From: Candidatus Sericytochromatia bacterium
GTDB lineage: Bacteria > Cyanobacteriota > Sericytochromatia > S15B-MN24 > JAQBPE01
DNA length: 64,000 nucleotides
Reading direction: 5' to 3'
Assembly: GCA_040400605.1 (NCBI GenBank)
Contig: JBBAPZ010000003.1
Span: 158,507 to 222,506, forward strand
Position 1 is the stretch's first letter. Every line of letters begins with the position of its first letter. Below, in pieces: positions 20,419-30,042 of the stretch. A model generated the notes under the pieces. The model ran no database searches and was not told the DNA's origin. It saw only the letters and a program-made list of their open reading frames with translations. A program made the translations under genes and the position numbers.

Positions 20419-21846
20419 TTGAATGAGGCAATGAACGTGGCACAAACTTTTGACGTTGTGGTGATCGGTGGTGGACCGGGCGGCTATGTGGCGGCCATTC
20501 GGTGTGCACAGTTGGGTTTGAGTACTGCTTGTGTTGACGCTGGGCGCAGCCCGCAGGGGCAGGTGAGTCTGGGTGGAACGTGTCTGAATGTCGGGTGTAT
20601 TCCGAGCAAGGCGTTGCTTGATTCGTCCGAGCAGTATGAAAAGCTGAAAGAACTGGGTCATCACGGCATTGAAGTGAGTGGCGTCGAGTTGAATCTATCG
20701 CGGATGTTGGCACGCAAGGATGCGGTCATTGCAAAAATGGCCGGTGGGATTCAGGGATTGTTCAAGAAAAACAAGGTGACTTCCTACTGTGGGGTTGGTC
20801 GTTTGCAAGAGCGTGCAGGTGATCGGTGGCAGATTGCAGTGGGTGAGGAGACGTTGCACGCGACGCATGTGATCGTCGCCACGGGTTCTGTGCCGCGTCC
20901 GTTACCCTTGGCGCCTTTTGACGGAGAGCGCGTGGTGGATAATGCGGGGGCGTTGGCTTTTGAAACGGTGCCCAAGCGTTTGTGCGTGATTGGTGCCGGG
21001 GTGATCGGTGTCGAACTCGGCAGCGTTTGGCGGCGTTTGGGAGCAGATGTGACGATTTTGGAGGCAGCGCCGAGTTTTTTGGCGGCTGCTGATGAGGCGA
21101 TCGCCAAAGAGGCGCTCAAATACCTGACGCAACAGGGATTGCAATTCAAGTTTGGTGTGGCAATTGAGGCTGTCAGTTCTGATGCCGATGGCGTGCGCGT
21201 GCGCTATGGCCATGAGGGCCAGCCTTGCGAGTTGGTTGCGGACAAGCTCATCGTTGCAATTGGGCGTCTTCCCAACACGGCCGGCTTGGGTGCCGACGCT
21301 GTGGGATTGGAATTGGATGATCGTGGTTTTGTTAAAGTGTCTCACTGGCGGACCAATTTACCGAACGTCTGGGCGGTCGGTGATGTCATTGGTGGGGCGA
21401 TGCTCGCGCACAAGGCAGAAGAAGAGGGTGTGGCTGTCGCTGAACTGATTGCCGGCCAGGCGGGGCACGTTAATGAGGCGGTGATTCCGTGGGTAATTTA
21501 TACCTCGCCTGAAATTGCGTGGGTCGGGCAGACGGAACAGGCGCTCAAGGCAGCTCAAGTACCCTATCGAACCGGCAGGTTTCCGTTTGCGGCCAATGGA
21601 CGCGCGCACGGTCATAACGACACGCGTGGTTTTATCAAGGTTTTGGCACATGAGTCATCGGATCGCATCCTGGGTGTGCATATGATCGGGCCGAACGTTT
21701 CGGAATTGATTGGAGAGGCCGTGACGATGATGGAGTTTGCGGCATCAAGTGAAGACCTTGCTCGCACGATTCACGCGCATCCGACCTTGTCTGAAGTGCT
21801 AAAAGAAGCCGCTCTGGCGGTCGACAAGCGCGCAATTCACGCGTGA
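20419..21846 (+). CDS. lpdA: Dihydrolipoamide dehydrogenase (E3)
   Basis: [38 protein letters not shown]. Confidence 0.97.
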   Translation: MNEAMNVAQTFDVVVIGGGPGGYVAAIRCAQLGLSTACVDAGRSPQGQVSLGGTCLNVGCIPSKALLDSSEQYEKLKELGHHGIEVSGVELNLSRMLARKDAVIAKMAGGIQGLFKKNKVTSYCGVGRLQERAGDRWQIAVGEETLHATHVIVATGSVPRPLPLAPFDGERVVDNAGALAFETVPKRLCVIGAGVIGVELGSVWRRLGADVTILEAAPSFLAAADEAIAKEALKYLTQQGLQFKFGVAIEAVSSDADGVRVRYGHEGQPCELVADKLIVAIGRLPNTAGLGADAVGLELDDRGFVKVSHWRTNLPNVWAVGDVIGGAMLAHKAEEEGVAVAELIAGQAGHVNEAVIPWVIYTSPEIAWVGQTEQALKAAQVPYRTGRFPFAANGRAHGHNDTRGFIKVLAHESSDRILGVHMIGPNVSELIGEAVTMMEFAASSEDLARTIHAHPTLSEVLKEAALAVDKRAIHA

Positions 21847-22382
21847 TAATTGCGCATCCGATTGCCTGTTCGTTCATCAAACGGTGCTTTCGCAGCAGTC
21901 GGTGGGAGCAAACAGGACTGCCTGGTTGTTGTTATAACGTCGCGCATCGGTTGCTGTTCAAAACTGTTTCGCAGTGTCAAAACATCAGGCATTCTCGCGC
22001 TATTAGGCAACATCACTCAACGTTTGATCACCAATCAACGCTTTTCGATATGACATTATCACCCGGCTTCAACAGTCAATCTGCGGGTTCTTGTGATTGC
22101 CCCAATGGAGTCGTTAATTTACACCGTTCGTCGGGTAAGCTAGGTCAAGCAGAGCAACCTTGCAAATTTTACAACGCATCGGATTCAACGACGCTGAAGA
22201 GGAACGTGAATGATTTGCCCCTTGATGAGTTATGCTGCCAATTTGGTGGAGTGTCAGCGTGAAAAATGTGCCGTGTGGGATAAGCGCGAAGAGGCTTGTG
22301 GCTTGGTGTCGGTTGGCGCACGGGTGCAGGACGGTTTGAGCGATCTAGTGATGACCTTAAACGAGATCAAGGTCAAATTCTG

Positions 22383-22418
22383 AAAAAAAACAGACCCCTC
22401 TCCACAGTGGAAAGGGGC
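22383..22418 (-). terminator. Rho-independent terminator
   Basis: Minus strand GCCCCTTTCCA-CTG-TGGAGAGGGGT then CTG-T8, about 20 nt after the stop at 22437. Confidence 0.75.
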
Positions 22419-22436
22419 GTTAAAACCGGTTGCGTC

Positions 22437-23240
22437 TTAAACGTCTATCTCTGCTCCAAACCGGTGGCGCACAAGCACAATGAAAGGGTTGTCCGGTTCC
22501 GGTGTCGGTTGTGAACTCAGTAACAGCTGATCGTTGACATTCAGTGCAGTGCCGCGATCCGAATCGGCTTCGCCCGGGCGCCCATTAAGAACCCGTGTAT
22601 CAGCATCCGAATAAGATGCTGCGCCACGGCTGCCATCTGAGAGCGTGACAGGCGGAATTAACTGACCTGCAGCCGAAGCGTCCAGTGGCAAGCGACCGTC
22701 AGTGCTGTTTCCGACATTCAACATTTGGCACTCAGTTTCAATCTAGCGACCGGGTTTGCCATTGGGAAAATGCTTTTCGTGCATCTTGCGCGCTGTCTCG
22801 TGCAATAGCTCGAAGGTAGGATCCGCCATGATGCGTTTCGCCAAATTCTCAATGTGACGCTGGTTGCTTGCCGAATTCGACAACTTCTTGGTTCCAGGTC
22901 GCCCGTCAATTTTTGCTTTTTCCACGGATGCTCCTAACCCTCACACGTTGGTTACAGTGGTTGCAAGTTCCTCGAGACTGAGAGCAGCCAGTGTCCTAGC
23001 GAACTCTATCGGGTCTTCGCGATAAGCATTTGCCAAACGAAACTCGGCCGCCCGAATTGTCGCAACGCTTGGTGGCTCTGGCTGCCGCGCTTGTCGAACC
23101 ATCGTGTCGGTCGGAATGGTAGTTGCCGATAATGTGCTTGCTTGCTCAGGCGTTGCTGCTGGTGTCAACTGCGGTGTCCGTCGTGCGATCGCACCCTGAC
23201 CACCAATGGGTATCGAACCTGATGAAGTCAGTCTGTCCAT
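22437..23240 (-). pseudogene. Hypothetical protein gene interrupted by two in-frame stops
   Basis: ORFs 22941-23249, 22743-22925 and 22437-22724 share one frame, separated only by TGA (22943-22941) and TAG (22745-22743); GAGG RBS before ATG 23240; terminator after 22437. Confidence 0.6.
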
Positions 23241-23756
23241 ATGTTTCACCCTCTGTTAATGACTTGCGGTGTAATACCGCCAGTAACCCAGTATAGGCCT
23301 TTCCGCGCCTGAATCAAGCGTTGCTCGCGACCTGTTAAGTGTATAGACTCCCTTTTGATGAAACTTGCGAGGTTAACAGCAGTTTATACAAGAAATTTTT
23401 GAGAATTTAACATGAACCAAATAAATTAAGCGGACAAAGCAATAGGCCATGCGCCTCAAAGTTAACGGTGATCACATATTGGCACAACCCACCGATTGAT
23501 TTCCGTGATCGAAAAAGGCGTGACCTGCAGGCGTTTCCAGCGTCATTGAGTTAAAGAAAAAGTTAAACAACGTTTGTTTTTTAGGACGCAACGGTGGTCG
23601 CAATGGTGCAGTGGGACCAATAGGGGCACTCCCCCCCTAACATTCTGCGCCGGATTCGTGCTGTTTGCCGTGCGAATGCGTTGCGTAGCGCCGTTTGCAC
23701 ACGACACGCATGCTGTTGAAACTGCCAGAAGTGCCTGATTACCGCTTTAGGCCGTT

Positions 23757-24716
23757 TTACTTTAGCAGCCCGATGGCACGCAAGCGCTCGTTTAAAAAGT
23801 CTCCAGCGCTCACGGGGCCATAGCGACAGGGGTTTTCTGGCGTGATTGTCTCAGCGATGGGTGTCAGATCGAATTCGGAATACGGGTGAACGAAAAAGGG
23901 CATTGAGTAGCGCGCCACGTTGGCACCCGCAGGGTTGACCACGCGGTGGGTGGTCGATGGGATCACGTGATTGGTCAGGCGTTGCAGCATGTCCCCTGCG
24001 TCAACGACGAGCTGCCCTTCCGGTGCCTCGACAGGTAACCACGTGCCGTCGCGGGTAAGAATCTCGAGCCCGGAGGTGGTGGCTTCGCAAAGAATGGTGA
24101 TCAAGTTGATGTCTTCGTGTGCGGCTGCTCGAACGGCGTGGGGATCCATGTGGGGTAACAATGGCGGATAATGGATCGCACGCAGGATCGAGTTCCCTCC
24201 TTCGATCGATTTTGCGAAGTAGGCGCGATCCGACAGCTTGAAGTAATCTCCAAGCGCAAGAAGCATCAGGCGCGCAGCGTCCTCGAGCTGTGCGAAGAGC
24301 GTCAGGGTCAGTTCCCTCAATTCCGGTACTTCGCTCGGCCAAACATTGCTGGGGTACTCGTCAAAATAGCGATCGTGAGACGCCAATTCACGGCCCACGT
24401 GCCAGAATTCCTTGAGGTCGCCAACTGTTGAGTCTTTGGCATGCTCCTTGCCAAAACTGGTATACCCGCGTTGCCCGCCAGCCACCCGCTCGTATTGCTT
24501 TTTTTGCTCCAATGGCAATGCAAAAAGTTCTTGAAACAAGCGATAAGTCTTTTTAATCACTGCCGTTTCAATGGTGTGGCCCTCGATTGCCACAAACCCA
24601 AAATCACGCAGGCCTTCACCCCACGTTTGAACAAATCTGCCTTTCTGTTCCGCTGTTCCGTGCGTGTAGTCACGCAAATCGATCACGGGAATTTGCTGGG
24701 TGGCAGACGTTGGCAT
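23757..24716 (-). CDS. Isopenicillin N synthase-family 2OG-Fe(II) dioxygenase
   Basis: IPVIDL, GQRGY, DLKE, HYPP, HED (HxD), GLEI, STTHRV, RYSMPFF; AGGAGG RBS. Confidence 0.92.
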   Translation of the reverse strand: MPTSATQQIPVIDLRDYTHGTAEQKGRFVQTWGEGLRDFGFVAIEGHTIETAVIKKTYRLFQELFALPLEQKKQYERVAGGQRGYTSFGKEHAKDSTVGDLKEFWHVGRELASHDRYFDEYPSNVWPSEVPELRELTLTLFAQLEDAARLMLLALGDYFKLSDRAYFAKSIEGGNSILRAIHYPPLLPHMDPHAVRAAAHEDINLITILCEATTSGLEILTRDGTWLPVEAPEGQLVVDAGDMLQRLTNHVIPSTTHRVVNPAGANVARYSMPFFVHPYSEFDLTPIAETITPENPCRYGPVSAGDFLNERLRAIGLLK

Positions 24717-25348
24717 AAACGCCCTCCTGAGGCAGAAAGGGGGAAGATTCGCGGGATTACACCGCGCAGTCGGGGTAAGGTCAGACGACGCTCGTCACGA
24801 CACTCATACCCATTTGGGATAGTAAATCTCAGGTGTCGTCGTAGTAAAATTATCCGGTTTAATATCGGGCTTCGTCCGTAGCCATACCGTGACACGCAGG
24901 TTTGTATCAAAAACCATCTGACGGTAAGCGAATGGAACCAAGCGACCGTACCGCATTTCAACGGCAAGAAACAAGGATTTAAGGCAGCCTGTTGCGTGTT
25001 TTTACACCCGCGTGGTGCTTGCTGCGCCATGCTTACATCTGGGAATGCAAGAACCTTAGGCAGGCACACACGGTTGCTTCATTAGTAACCAAAGTTTGGT
25101 CAGAGAACAAACCGTTTCTGTATGGGGGTTATCGTGATGATTGGCATCAGCGACCACGTTTTGGGATCCATCAGGTTTTCAGTTGTGCATCAACGCCCGA
25201 TAAAAGGTAAATTGCGGGCTAAACCCCAGTTAATTTAAATCTAAAATCGACAAGATTTCGTACTGAGCAGGGGATAATCTGGGTGTCTGCGTTTGTTTGG
25301 AATGGTTTGATGGTTCGAGAGTCACGCAACACCGATCGAAAAGTTAGA

Positions 25349-25984
25349 ATGGGTATTGTGTCGCAACGCGCTTCGGGCGTTTCGCGCATTAATGCGACGA
25401 TTGACAGAGGGGATCCTGGTAACCCCTGTGCGGATCGCTTCACCGATGTGTTGGGTCTTCAGGGCTTGTTGCAGGATGGCACAAAGCTCGTTGCCTTACA
25501 GTCGTCTGCCTCTAGTGTGGCAGGGACTGTTGCCCGGAACCTCAACGCTGTGGTGATGGGTCATCGCCTGGCGATGGGACCTGCGTTGCGGTTGAGTGAG
25601 CGGCGTTTGGCGCATGCGGCGCCTGTCACCCAAAGGGTGTTTAAACCTTTACTGAACGCTGGGCAAGCCACAGCACGTTTCGGTGCCGCCTTCGGTAGAT
25701 ATGGGCCTGTCATCAGTTTGCCGTTTGCCGTTTATGATGTTTACAAGGCAATCTTGGAGACCGAGCCGCAAAAAAAGCGGGCAGCTTCCTTCAATGCATC
25801 GATGACCGTGCTGGGTACCGGGTTTGGGACGGTTGGGGTGATGGTGGCCTCCGTACCCATTGCGGTGTTTTGTTTGGCGTTGTCTGCTGGAATCGGCGCC
25901 TTTCAATTGTCAGATGCATATCTCAATAAGGGGCGTGTGAATCAGCAACTTGGCGATCGCTTTTTTTATTGGATGCGGGGCTAG
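25349..25984 (+). CDS. Hypothetical protein with a C-terminal hydrophobic helical hairpin
   Basis: Long ORF; Gly/Ala-rich hydrophobic segments (MTVLGTGFGTVGVMVASVPIAVFCLALSAGIGAF); start uncertain (25283/25310/25349). Confidence 0.6.
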   Translation: MGIVSQRASGVSRINATIDRGDPGNPCADRFTDVLGLQGLLQDGTKLVALQSSASSVAGTVARNLNAVVMGHRLAMGPALRLSERRLAHAAPVTQRVFKPLLNAGQATARFGAAFGRYGPVISLPFAVYDVYKAILETEPQKKRAASFNASMTVLGTGFGTVGVMVASVPIAVFCLALSAGIGAFQLSDAYLNKGRVNQQLGDRFFYWMRG

Positions 25985-26055
25985 CTGATCGCACGTGCTT
26001 GAAGTAACATCATAGCCGTTCACACAGAGGATGTGGGCGCTCGTGGAGGGGCCAC

Positions 26056-27492
26056 ATGCGGGCACGACGCTTGGCTGTCATTCTGGTGTTGCTGACTTGG
26101 GCGTGTACGCAGCCGCGCGGTGGCGTGCCAACCACCGTACAAAGCGCTGGCTCCGCGGGGGCAACGCCGCTTCTTGACTCGCCTGCCCCGACTGCGTCAG
26201 GGAGCCAGACCGTATCGCCGAATCCGGTGCCGCCTGTGTTAAAACTGGTTGCTCCCACTGTCCGGGACGATTTTACGCGGTTGCTCCTGACCGTGACTTT
26301 TTCGGTGAGTACGGAGGCGAACCAGCCGATCAAGGGTGCCGAGATTTACTACGACGGGGTATTGGTCAAGTCTTTCGAAGGTCCAGGGCCCGTTTACAGT
26401 TGGGATGAGTGGAATCCGAACCAGATTAACGCGTCAGGCAAGCCAGCGGATGCCCAGAGCGTGGGGCCCGGCACGCATACCTTGCGGCTGGTTGCGCTGA
26501 GCGTCAGTGGTTTGCAAGGGAGTTTGGAGTGGACGTTCAACAAACCGTTGAGGCTGGGCGCGTGGGAGCCGATGGCTGCTGCACCGGTCGTGCTCAGTCA
26601 TACGCATGTTTACCCGGACAGCGCATCGCCACCGACCATTTTTTCGCTTTGGGGCAGTGTGGATGGCATCGACACGACGGTACAACCACGGCGTCAAAAT
26701 TATGCTTTCAACCCCGCGGGTCAAGGGGCTTGGACTGAGGCCCGCTTCACTGGCACATCCGTCCCGCGCGCGCTTTATACATCGTGTGCGCATCCGAGTG
26801 GTCAATTGGTGTACGTCATTGGGGGGCGTACCGGGGCGACGGATTTAAGAACTGTGGACGTGGTGGCGCCCTTGCGTCGGGTCGCTGAGGCGTCGCTGGT
26901 GCCTTTGTTGGTGGCACGGCGCGAGGCGTCTGTGGTTTACATGCAGAATGCGTTGTATATCATGGGCGGGGTATCAGGCAGTTTGGGGCTATATGATGTC
27001 GAGCGAATCAGTTTGGGGCGCGACGGTTATCCGATCGGTGATGCGAAACGCATGGCAAGTCTCGTCAATGCGCGCTATGGTGCCAATGCGCACGTGTTCG
27101 GTGGGCGCATTTATGTGTTTGGTGGCGGATACCGGCCGATTGAGGTCTATGATCCTGCCACTGATGCCTGGCGATTTTTGACACAGACTGATGGAACGAC
27201 GGTGGCCACACCGGAGGCATGGCGTAACAGCCTGATGATTCCAGTGGGCGATCGCCTCTATTTCTTCGGCGGCGAGAAAGAAGACGGACAGCCTGTGGAT
27301 CGCATTTTTGAATTCAACCCCGGTACGAATATTTGGCGCGACTGGGGGCCCCTACCCCGTGCCCAGGATCAACCAAGCGGTCAAACGCGTTTGGCCGGCT
27401 GCTTTTTGGGCGACACCTTCTACCTTATTGGCGGGCAAAGACTTCCGGAACGTCGCTTGAGCGCGCAGGTGTTCAAATCAACCGTCTTTTGA
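26056..27492 (+). CDS. Kelch-repeat lipoprotein with an N-terminal Ig-like domain
   Basis: GGAGG RBS, lipobox TWAC, Ig-like GTHTLRLVA, Kelch repeats VYVIGG, LYIMGG, IYVFGG, LYFFGG, FYLIGG. Confidence 0.85.
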   Translation: MRARRLAVILVLLTWACTQPRGGVPTTVQSAGSAGATPLLDSPAPTASGSQTVSPNPVPPVLKLVAPTVRDDFTRLLLTVTFSVSTEANQPIKGAEIYYDGVLVKSFEGPGPVYSWDEWNPNQINASGKPADAQSVGPGTHTLRLVALSVSGLQGSLEWTFNKPLRLGAWEPMAAAPVVLSHTHVYPDSASPPTIFSLWGSVDGIDTTVQPRRQNYAFNPAGQGAWTEARFTGTSVPRALYTSCAHPSGQLVYVIGGRTGATDLRTVDVVAPLRRVAEASLVPLLVARREASVVYMQNALYIMGGVSGSLGLYDVERISLGRDGYPIGDAKRMASLVNARYGANAHVFGGRIYVFGGGYRPIEVYDPATDAWRFLTQTDGTTVATPEAWRNSLMIPVGDRLYFFGGEKEDGQPVDRIFEFNPGTNIWRDWGPLPRAQDQPSGQTRLAGCFLGDTFYLIGGQRLPERRLSAQVFKSTVF

Positions 27493-28812
27493 GGAGCTGG
27501 GCGGAAAGTCTCACCCGCCAAACCCACTGGTGGAGGCGCGCGTTGGTATGCGTGGCGGAAAACGAAAGCGGACAAACTTCGCCGCGCTTGCGACACGTCG
27601 CCGCCAGAAATCCTGGAAATCAGGCGATCGCCTAACCAATTAAAAAATTCGACCCACAAAACAACCCGGATCTGTTTGCGTGTGAAGTGCTCTTAAACAT
27701 TCATTCACACGGTGCTTCAAGCACTGTTCAGTTTGAGGAAGTGGCGAACAGGCGTTGAGGCAACAGTTCGGTCACAGGGGGGGGTGCCCTGCCCGGGGGG
27801 GCATCAACTGCGCGATACACGACGCACAGGGTTCCATTCAAAAACAGTGTCGCATAAGTCAAAAAAAGGGCAGCACCTGCCATTACGTCACGCCAATTAA
27901 CAAGCCGAGCACCAGTTAATGTATTTCCGTCTATTGCGAAACCTTGCAACCAATCGTCTGGACAACGCATACAAAAACGCTTGCAGCCGAAGCCCCGCAA
28001 CGTTTTCTATCGATTTATGCAACCTCGGGAAAACTGTCAGATCGACTGAATCAGACGATAATCACAACAAAAATACGCCAAGGTATCCAGCCTGATACCG
28101 CGTTTCACAACCTGCATCGTCACAGCGAACAATCAACGTTCCTGATGAATGGCCTTGGTATGGGGTTCATTCGCGACAGTATTCAGTGGCCATCGAAGTC
28201 AAACTGGCCTTAAAGGCGGTTTTCGTAGGCCTTTGTGGTTATTTTTTCCTGACTGCCACAGTTTGGGACTAAACAAGCGGGTGTGTTGAAATCCGTGAAA
28301 AAGCCAAGTTTTTATTGACGGAGCCATCGACCAGTCGTTACGATGATTGCTTACAGCCTGTACCGTTTTAGTCGGCTTGCCTACCCTGCCCGTATTTTTG
28401 CGGACTCCGACATCGTCGTAGAAAGACGAAACACTTGAAATCAGACGAGGTTCTGACGTCGACGCCAATGCTCAACACGGCTGTAGGCGTCTTTGTGTGC
28501 CAACGCATGCTTGGTGTTAACAAAGCGGGCAGGCCCGGCCGTGGCCGTGTGCCTGGTTTTGCGGTCAAGTCACTCGGCGGGTGGCACCTTGATGTCTGGA
28601 GGTTGGTTGGGGAGATTATAACTGGTCCGCGCGGTGTCAAATCCGTTGCCGACTTACACGTGAGACGGCCAAAAGCGCCCCAGTTCGAGTCTCCCGTGGC
28701 TAACCCGGTTGTTTATACTTCTCAAAATTGGAAGGGTTGGCCTTGTAAACTGATTGTTTGCCGGCTTTATCTAAACTATTTGAAGTGACGTTCCGGGAGG
28801 TGGAGGTATTGG

Positions 28813-29850
28813 ATGACGCCCTTGTTTGAGCGATGTATGGATGTGAGCGCCGAGGAGTTGCGGCTGATGCGCTGGAACGCCCCAGGGGGCAAGGCTTGTG
28901 AATATGGGTTGATCTATCTGGATTCGGTGGTTCAGTTTCAAAGCCGCGTGTTGATGCGCTACACGGATATGCGTGATCTTCGGACAAAAATGATGACACT
29001 GATACCTGAAATGCCCAAAGGTGGCGAGTCCGTGCAACTGGCTGGTCACGACGGTGTGATGGTGGGGCCTTGCGGAAGTGCCGTATTGGATGCACCGTGG
29101 TGGTCCGTGCCGAAAGCGCGTTTGGGGATTGATGGTGAGTTGGCCCTTTTGGCGTGTCACGCATCAAGTGGAATTTTGGCCGGTGTTTATCAACAGGCCA
29201 GGCTGTGCTGGCAACTGGGAGAGGACGATGGTGTGTTGCTGGCTTTGCAGCGCGCGTCTCGACTGTTGGGTAATTGCGGTGAGCGCGCGGCACTGCATGT
29301 GGTTGTGAGGTTTAAGCTGGCGATTGCCGCTCACCTGCAAGCGGATCAACAGCTCATGCTGGCTGCCAATTTCTATCGTTCAGCCTTGGTGATATTTCCA
29401 AGTGAACAGCTTCCACTCACCTGTGTCATTCAATCAACGTATGAATTGGCGGCATGCGGCGCGTGGGTCGACGCCGTCGGGGTGTTTAAAACATTGCTGA
29501 CGCGTCTTGAGACAGAGACCGATTTGCCTTGTACGATGCTCGATACCAAGTCGGTTCGCTACTGGCGCGCACGGATACCCATTCACATGGCCACAGTTTT
29601 CCAACGATCGGGCGATTACGAAGCCGCCATCGCAGCACTGCTTGAATCACTTGATGTCGCCTATGAAGACTCGCATCACATTGATTGTGAACACGTCCGT
29701 CTTGCAACCGAACAGCTCGCAAGGGTGTGTGACAAGGCAAGATATTGGCCCGAAGCCCTGCGTTGGTATGAGCGATTGAACCTGCTCTGCCCCACTGCCA
29801 GGATTCAACGACGAATCAGCGCCCTGCGCCAGCGGGTGCATCAAGCCTAA
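28813..29850 (+). CDS. Hypothetical protein with TPR-like helical C-terminus
   Basis: GGAGG RBS; repeats such as MATVFQRSGDYEAAIAALLESL and LARVCDKARYWPEALRWYERL. Confidence 0.65.
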   Translation: MTPLFERCMDVSAEELRLMRWNAPGGKACEYGLIYLDSVVQFQSRVLMRYTDMRDLRTKMMTLIPEMPKGGESVQLAGHDGVMVGPCGSAVLDAPWWSVPKARLGIDGELALLACHASSGILAGVYQQARLCWQLGEDDGVLLALQRASRLLGNCGERAALHVVVRFKLAIAAHLQADQQLMLAANFYRSALVIFPSEQLPLTCVIQSTYELAACGAWVDAVGVFKTLLTRLETETDLPCTMLDTKSVRYWRARIPIHMATVFQRSGDYEAAIAALLESLDVAYEDSHHIDCEHVRLATEQLARVCDKARYWPEALRWYERLNLLCPTARIQRRISALRQRVHQA

Positions 29851-30042
29851 ACACTGACGCAGAGGTTGCTGTCTCAAAACCGATGCGAGACTGTATAGCG
29901 ACAACAATACACCGGCGCTTCGAACGACAACCTCTCGTCCCAAGCATCCGATGCGCAACACTTCTTGTTTTGAAAGCATTTGGTCTCCCACCGTGTCTGA
30001 GGGTTTAACGACAAAGTGGGAGAGCAGGGGCGGCAGGATTGA

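Noticed and set aside
27700..27845. Cobalamin-riboswitch-like fragments on the minus strand (GGAA-ccctg...caggg...CTGTGA...GCCACT)
   Set aside because: No GGGAAG or B12-box 3' half, and no minus-strand gene downstream
28670..28700. tRNA T-loop-like GTTCGAGTC
   Set aside because: No T-stem or cloverleaf can be formed
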